This document shows, in pieces, positions 7,426-10,912 of a stretch of 10,912 nucleotides of DNA. The stretch spans positions 1 through 10,912 of the forward strand of contig NW_021827265.1 in NCBI RefSeq assembly GCF_006345805.1. Direction: 5' to 3'. A program made the position numbers and the translations under genes. Below the pieces are notes generated by a model. It saw only the letters and a program-made list of their open reading frames with translations, had not been told where the DNA came from and made no database searches. The DNA comes from Octopus sinensis (Eukaryota). Positions within the stretch are counted from its first letter, which is position 1; each line of letters opens with the position of its first letter.

Positions 7426-8477
7426 AGTAGGGGTGGATGCTCAGAGGGTGATGCTAGTAGAATAAGAATAGACTGGGCAAAGTTCAGAAAACTCCTACCT
7501 CTATTGGTAACAAAGGGTCTCTCACTCAGAGTGAAAGGTAGATTGTAGGATGCATGTGTGCGAACTGCCATGCTTCACAGCAGTGAAACATGGGCCATGA
7601 CTGCTGAGGACATGTGTAGGCTTGAAAGAAATGAAGCTAGTATGAACCACTGGATGTGTATTGTCAGTCTGCACACACAACAGAGTGTAAGCACCCTGAG
7701 AGAAATGTTGGATATAAGAAGCATTAGATTTAGTGTACAAGAGAGACGACTGCACTTGTATGGTCATGTGGCAAGAATGGATGAGGAGAGCTGTGTGAAG
7801 AAGTGTCACTCCCTAACAGTGGAAGAGAGACCCAGGAAGACATGAGATGAGGTGGTGAAGCATGACCTTCTAACGTTAGGCTTCACAGAAGCAATGACAA
7901 GCGATCAAAACCTTTGGAGATATGCTGTGATTGAGAAGACCTGGCAAGTAAAGTGAGATCACAGCCGTAGCCTATACCAGTGTCACATAACCAGCCCACT
8001 TAAAAAGTACCTTTGAATCATCAGGTGACACACCGTGCTTGAGGAGACCTATTAAGTCAAAGAAAAGCAAAAATCAAATCACAATAAAAAATGGGAATTG
8101 TAGTTGTGGCTGATGCCAGTGCCACCTGACTGGCTCTAGCGCTGGTGGCGCGCAATAAGCACCATTCAAGTGTGGGTCATTGCCAGTACCGCCTGACTGG
8201 CTCCCCGTGCTGGTGGGGCATAAAAAGCACCATCCAAATGTGGTCGATGCCAGCCCTATCTCCCTGACTGGCTCCTGTGCTGGTGGCATGTAAAAAGCAC
8301 CTACTACACTCTCGGAGAGGTTGGTGTTAGGAAGGGCATCCAGCTGTAGAAAGATTGTCAGATCAGATTGGAGCCTGGTGCAGCCTCCTGGCTTGCCAGT
8401 CCCCAGTCAAACTGTTCAACCCATGCCAGCATGGAAAACAGATGTTAAACGATGGTGATGATGATGATGATGATGAT
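7426..8477 (+). mobile_element. 5'-truncated, decayed RTE-clade LINE (ORF C-terminus 7426-7956, 3' UTR, (GAT)n tail)
   Basis: One frame reads SRGGCSEGDASRIRIDWAKFRKLLPLLVTKGLSLRVKGRL*DACVRTAMLHSSETW...QERRLHLYGHVARM...RPRKT*DEVVKHDL...LWRYAVIEKTWQVK*. These match the RTE post-RT motifs (LxGSETW, RRLRWxGHVxRM, GRPRKTW). Premature stops at 7546 and 7843. Confidence 0.93.
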
Positions 8478-8487
8478 ATATATACAT

Positions 8488-8891
8488 ACTCTTTTACTCT
8501 TTACTCTTTTACTCGTTTCAGTCATTTGACTGCGGCCATGCTGGAGCACCGCCTTTAGTCGATCAAATCGACCCCGGAACTTATTCTTTGTAAGCCCAGT
8601 ACTTATTCTATCGGTCTCTTTTGCCGAGCCGCTAAGTGGCGGGGACGTAAACACACCAGCATCGGTTGTCAAGCAATGCTAGGGGGACAAACACACCCAC
8701 TACATACACACATACATATATATATAATACATTATACGACAGGCTTCTTTCAGTTTCCGTCTACCAAATCCACTCACAAGGCATTGGTCGGCCCGGGCTA
8801 TAGCAGAAGACACTTGCCCAAGATGCCACGCAGTGGGACTGAACCCGGAACCATGTGGTTGGTAGGCAAGCTACTTACCACACAGCCACTC
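8488..8891 (-). mobile_element. tRNA-derived CORE-type SINE (copy 3), lacking ~10 nt at the 5' end
   Basis: Collinear with copies 1 and 2; tail of three ACTCTTT(T) units at 8488-8510; ends at CACAGCCACTC (8891). Confidence 0.9.
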
Positions 8892-9167
8892 AAAAATATG
8901 TCTTCTGTGAAATATGTTCTTACACCATGTTTTGTGGTTTCCAAAAACATTTGAAGGTTATTGCTTGTGGTGGTGGCCTGTTGGGTTAGACAAGTCTCAG
9001 CCACCCTTATTGCTCTGCCACCCCTATTGCTTTGCAAAGAGATAGAAGATGTTGGGCAAAGGTTTGGGTGGGTGTCTGTTTGTGTGTGTGTTTGTGGGGG
9101 GGGGGATTTACCTATTGTAGACAGTGCTGTTTCCATGAACACTGTTGGCACCCTGTATTGTAAGGGA

Positions 9168-9313
9168 GTGGTGGTGGTGGTGTAGGTTGTGGTGGTGTAG
9201 GTTGTGGTGGTGTAGGTTATGGTGGTGTAGGTTGTGGTGACGGTGGGTAGTGAGGAGGTAGTGGTAACCACCACCACCACACCTACACCACCACCACCAC
9301 CACCACCACCACC

Positions 9314-9379
<66 letters not shown>

Positions 9380-9388
9380 ACTATCATC
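9168..9388. repeat. Compound trinucleotide/15-bp repeat: (GGT)n + 4x GGTGGTGTAGGTTGT, then (ACC)n(ACT)n(GCT)n
   Basis: 15-bp units start at 9176, 9191, 9206 and 9221; ACC runs to ~9322, ACT to ~9352, GCT to ~9376. Confidence 0.95.
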
Positions 9389-9518
9389 CATTCAAATTGT
9401 AATTTACCATCTGGAACCATTTACATATTCACTCTGTGCTCCCCCCCACCTCCAATCCCACGGGAGGCTTTCCTGTGTGTGATTTGCACTTCTAATTAGA
9501 TATATAATTGGCCACAGT

Positions 9519-9521
<3 letters not shown>

Positions 9522-9549
<28 letters not shown>
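9522..9549. repeat. (TC)14 microsatellite
   Basis: Seen directly. Confidence 0.97.
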
Positions 9550-9554
<5 letters not shown>

Positions 9555-9576
9555 CTTTCAACTGCATCCATCATAG

Positions 9577-9664
9577 AACTTCCTCCGCCACTGCCACCAG
9601 GCAGAGGAAGACCCTCACCCCCTCCCCTGTTCTTTCTCACCAAAGGGAAGCTGTTGTGTCACTG
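9577..9664 (+). other. Candidate 88-nt exon with consensus donor
   Basis: (CT)n pyrimidine tract then CATAG| at 9576; CTG|GTAAGT at 9665. GC-rich and open in all three frames, so no product can be assigned. Confidence 0.25.
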
Positions 9665-9971
9665 GTAAGTGGGGTGGGTGGGCGAGTGGAGGGAAGGTGT
9701 GGTTACTAAATGGACCAACCTTAACTCTGGGAGAGGACACTTGTCCTTGCTGGGTCACAGACATCTTGTGCTTTTGTGCGTCCAACCTAAGTAATCTTAG
9801 GTGGTTACCTACCCCCATCCCTTTTCAGCAGAGGGATGGGGAAGTCTTTTCTTGTTATTTTGTTTCTTATTATCCACCCCCAGGAGATTTTGACTTTTTT
9901 ATTCAAAAGTAACTCCCTCCTTTCTTTAATTTGGGGTTGTCATTTCTATCCAACGTTTTGAGCCCTTGTGG

Positions 9972-10139
9972 ACAACAACAACAATAATCCTTACTACTGG
10001 AAGCCCATGGCCTGAAATTTGGGGAAGAAGGGATTAAGTCGATTATATCGACCCCAGTGTGTAACTGGTACTTATTTAATTGACCCCGAAAGGATGAAAG
10101 GCAAAGTCGACCCCAGCGGAGTTTGAACTCAGAATGTAA
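9972..10139 (-). mobile_element. Second SINE family (Deu/Nin-like central domain), 5'-truncated
   Basis: Minus strand: B-box GAGTTCAAA, then GTCGACTTTGCCTTTCATCCTTTCGGGGTCAATTAAATAAGTACCAG...CTGGGGTCGATATAATCGAC, ending GGATTATT(GTT)n. Domain name is from recall. Confidence 0.8.
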
Positions 10140-10140
10140 T

Positions 10141-10213
10141 CAATTATATTGACCCCAGTGTTTCACTGGTATTTAATTTACTGACTCTGAAAGGATGAAA
10201 GGCAAAGTTGACC
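10141..10213 (-). mobile_element. Partial second copy of the same SINE central domain
   Basis: Repeats TGACCCCAGTGT...ACTGGTA...GAAAGGATGAAAGGCAAAGTTGACC of 10049-10112 with substitutions. Confidence 0.75.
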
Positions 10214-10258
10214 TGATAATAATAATAATAATAATTATTATTATTATCATTATTATTA

Positions 10259-10474
10259 GAGTGGAGTGAGCTGGCAGAATCATTAACATGTGAGCAAAAA
10301 CTTAGAGAGATTTCATGTCTTCATGTTCTGAGGAGATCGACTTTGCTTTTCATCCATTTGGTGGGGGGTGTAGCATAAAATATGTACCAGTCATGTACTG
10401 GGGTTAATGGAAGTGACTTACCCCTTCCCCTATAATTTCCAATCCTTGTACCTTTAGCAGAAAGGATTATTATT
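10259..10474 (+). mobile_element. Older plus-strand copy of the Deu/Nin-like SINE
   Basis: Head GAGCTGGCAGAATCATTAAC (A-box-like), B-box region deleted, GATCGACTTTGCTTTTCATCC, GTACCAGTCATGTACTGGGGT, and 3' end CCTTGTACCTTTAGCAGAAAGGATTATTATT corresponding to the reverse complement of 9983-10020. Confidence 0.75.
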
Positions 10475-10515
10475 GTTTTTAGAATTACTGAAGTGCTGGA
10501 CATAATCAGGCGGAT

Positions 10516-10564
10516 GTTGACTTTACCTTTTACCCTCCTGGGGTCAATAAATTGCTGTACGGTC
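10516..10564 (+). mobile_element. Short plus-strand fragment of the same SINE domain
   Basis: GTTGACTTTACCTTTTACCCTCCTGGGGTCAATAAATT resembles GTCGACTTTGCCTTTCATCCTTTCGGGGTCAATTAAAT. Confidence 0.6.
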
Positions 10565-10661
10565 CATCTAACCAACTGTTTTATTTCCCTTTACAGTACA
10601 AAGTCATTGGTTAAGGGACACTGGTCGAGGGACATTTCTGAGATAGCCAGGGAAGCGACGG

Positions 10662-10699
10662 GTTGTTGTTGTTGTTGGTGGTGGTGGTGGTGGTGGTGG
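10662..10699. repeat. (GTT)5(GGT)n microsatellite
   Basis: Seen directly. Confidence 0.95.
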
Positions 10700-10912
10700 G
10701 GTGTATGACTGAGTGAATTGGGTTATAGCCACTGCTCTCTGTGTCACATCATCAGCACCAGATCCTGTGCGTGCGGTGTAACTGTAAACTCTCCCCTTGC
10801 TATCCATATCATGTATGATACCCTGAATTCATTGTCATTTTGTCCCAACCCCTGTTACTGCTGACTGTAGATATATCAACAGAGTGTGAATGGGACTACA
10901 ATTTCAAAGATG

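Noticed and set aside
8092-8104. Perfect ACTACAATTCCCA (vertebrate ZNF143/THAP11-associated promoter motif) on the minus strand
   Set aside because: It lies inside the RTE 3' UTR with no promoter context; a single motif match is insufficient.
8100-8301. CRISPR-like repeat array
   Set aside because: Units are contiguous, diverged ~66-nt tandem repeats without unique spacers, inside a eukaryotic LINE UTR, with no cas genes.
3855-8891. Segmental duplication of 3855-4579 to 8100-8891
   Set aside because: The RTE parts differ in unit number and are far more diverged than the SINE parts, and the spacers and outer flanks do not match.
9000-9031. 15-bp near-direct repeat GCCACCC(T/C)TATTGCT at 17-bp period
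   Set aside because: Two copies only; most simply a local slippage duplication with no further structure.
8798-9482. 197-aa minus ORF (poly-S/G/V/T) and 82-aa plus ORF (poly-P/L)
   Set aside because: They are products of trinucleotide arrays; the minus ORF also runs into a SINE head, and no splice or codon evidence supports either.

Overview
Repeat-dominated, AT-rich eukaryotic DNA. The SINE families, RTE LINE tail and dense (TA)/(CA) arrays look like an octopus (coleoid cephalopod) genome; this is recognition from memory, not a database search. There is no prokaryotic operon, CRISPR array, rRNA or true tRNA gene, and most ORFs in the supplied track are microsatellite artefacts. Well-supported content: three young minus-strand tRNA-head/CORE SINEs; a decayed RTE LINE 3' portion (7426-8477) plus two shorter RTE 3'-end fragments; a fossil mariner (DD34D) transposase C-terminus with its right TIR; a TTAA-flanked piggyBac-type MITE; a 205-bp near-perfect fold-back element; and an inverted cluster of a second SINE family near 10 kb. 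The best host-gene signal is a probable first coding exon at 1501-1570 (+; MAKADLPESPEDLLRLHQQLVWL, GT donor) of a protein I do not recognise. Other candidate exons are ambiguous, some even in strand. I found no convincing new biological system. The best leads are structural: long dsRNA-forming elements, a repeated tail-to-tail RTE/SINE junction, a hairpin module shared by two SINE families, and a splice donor inside two mutually exclusive hairpins.
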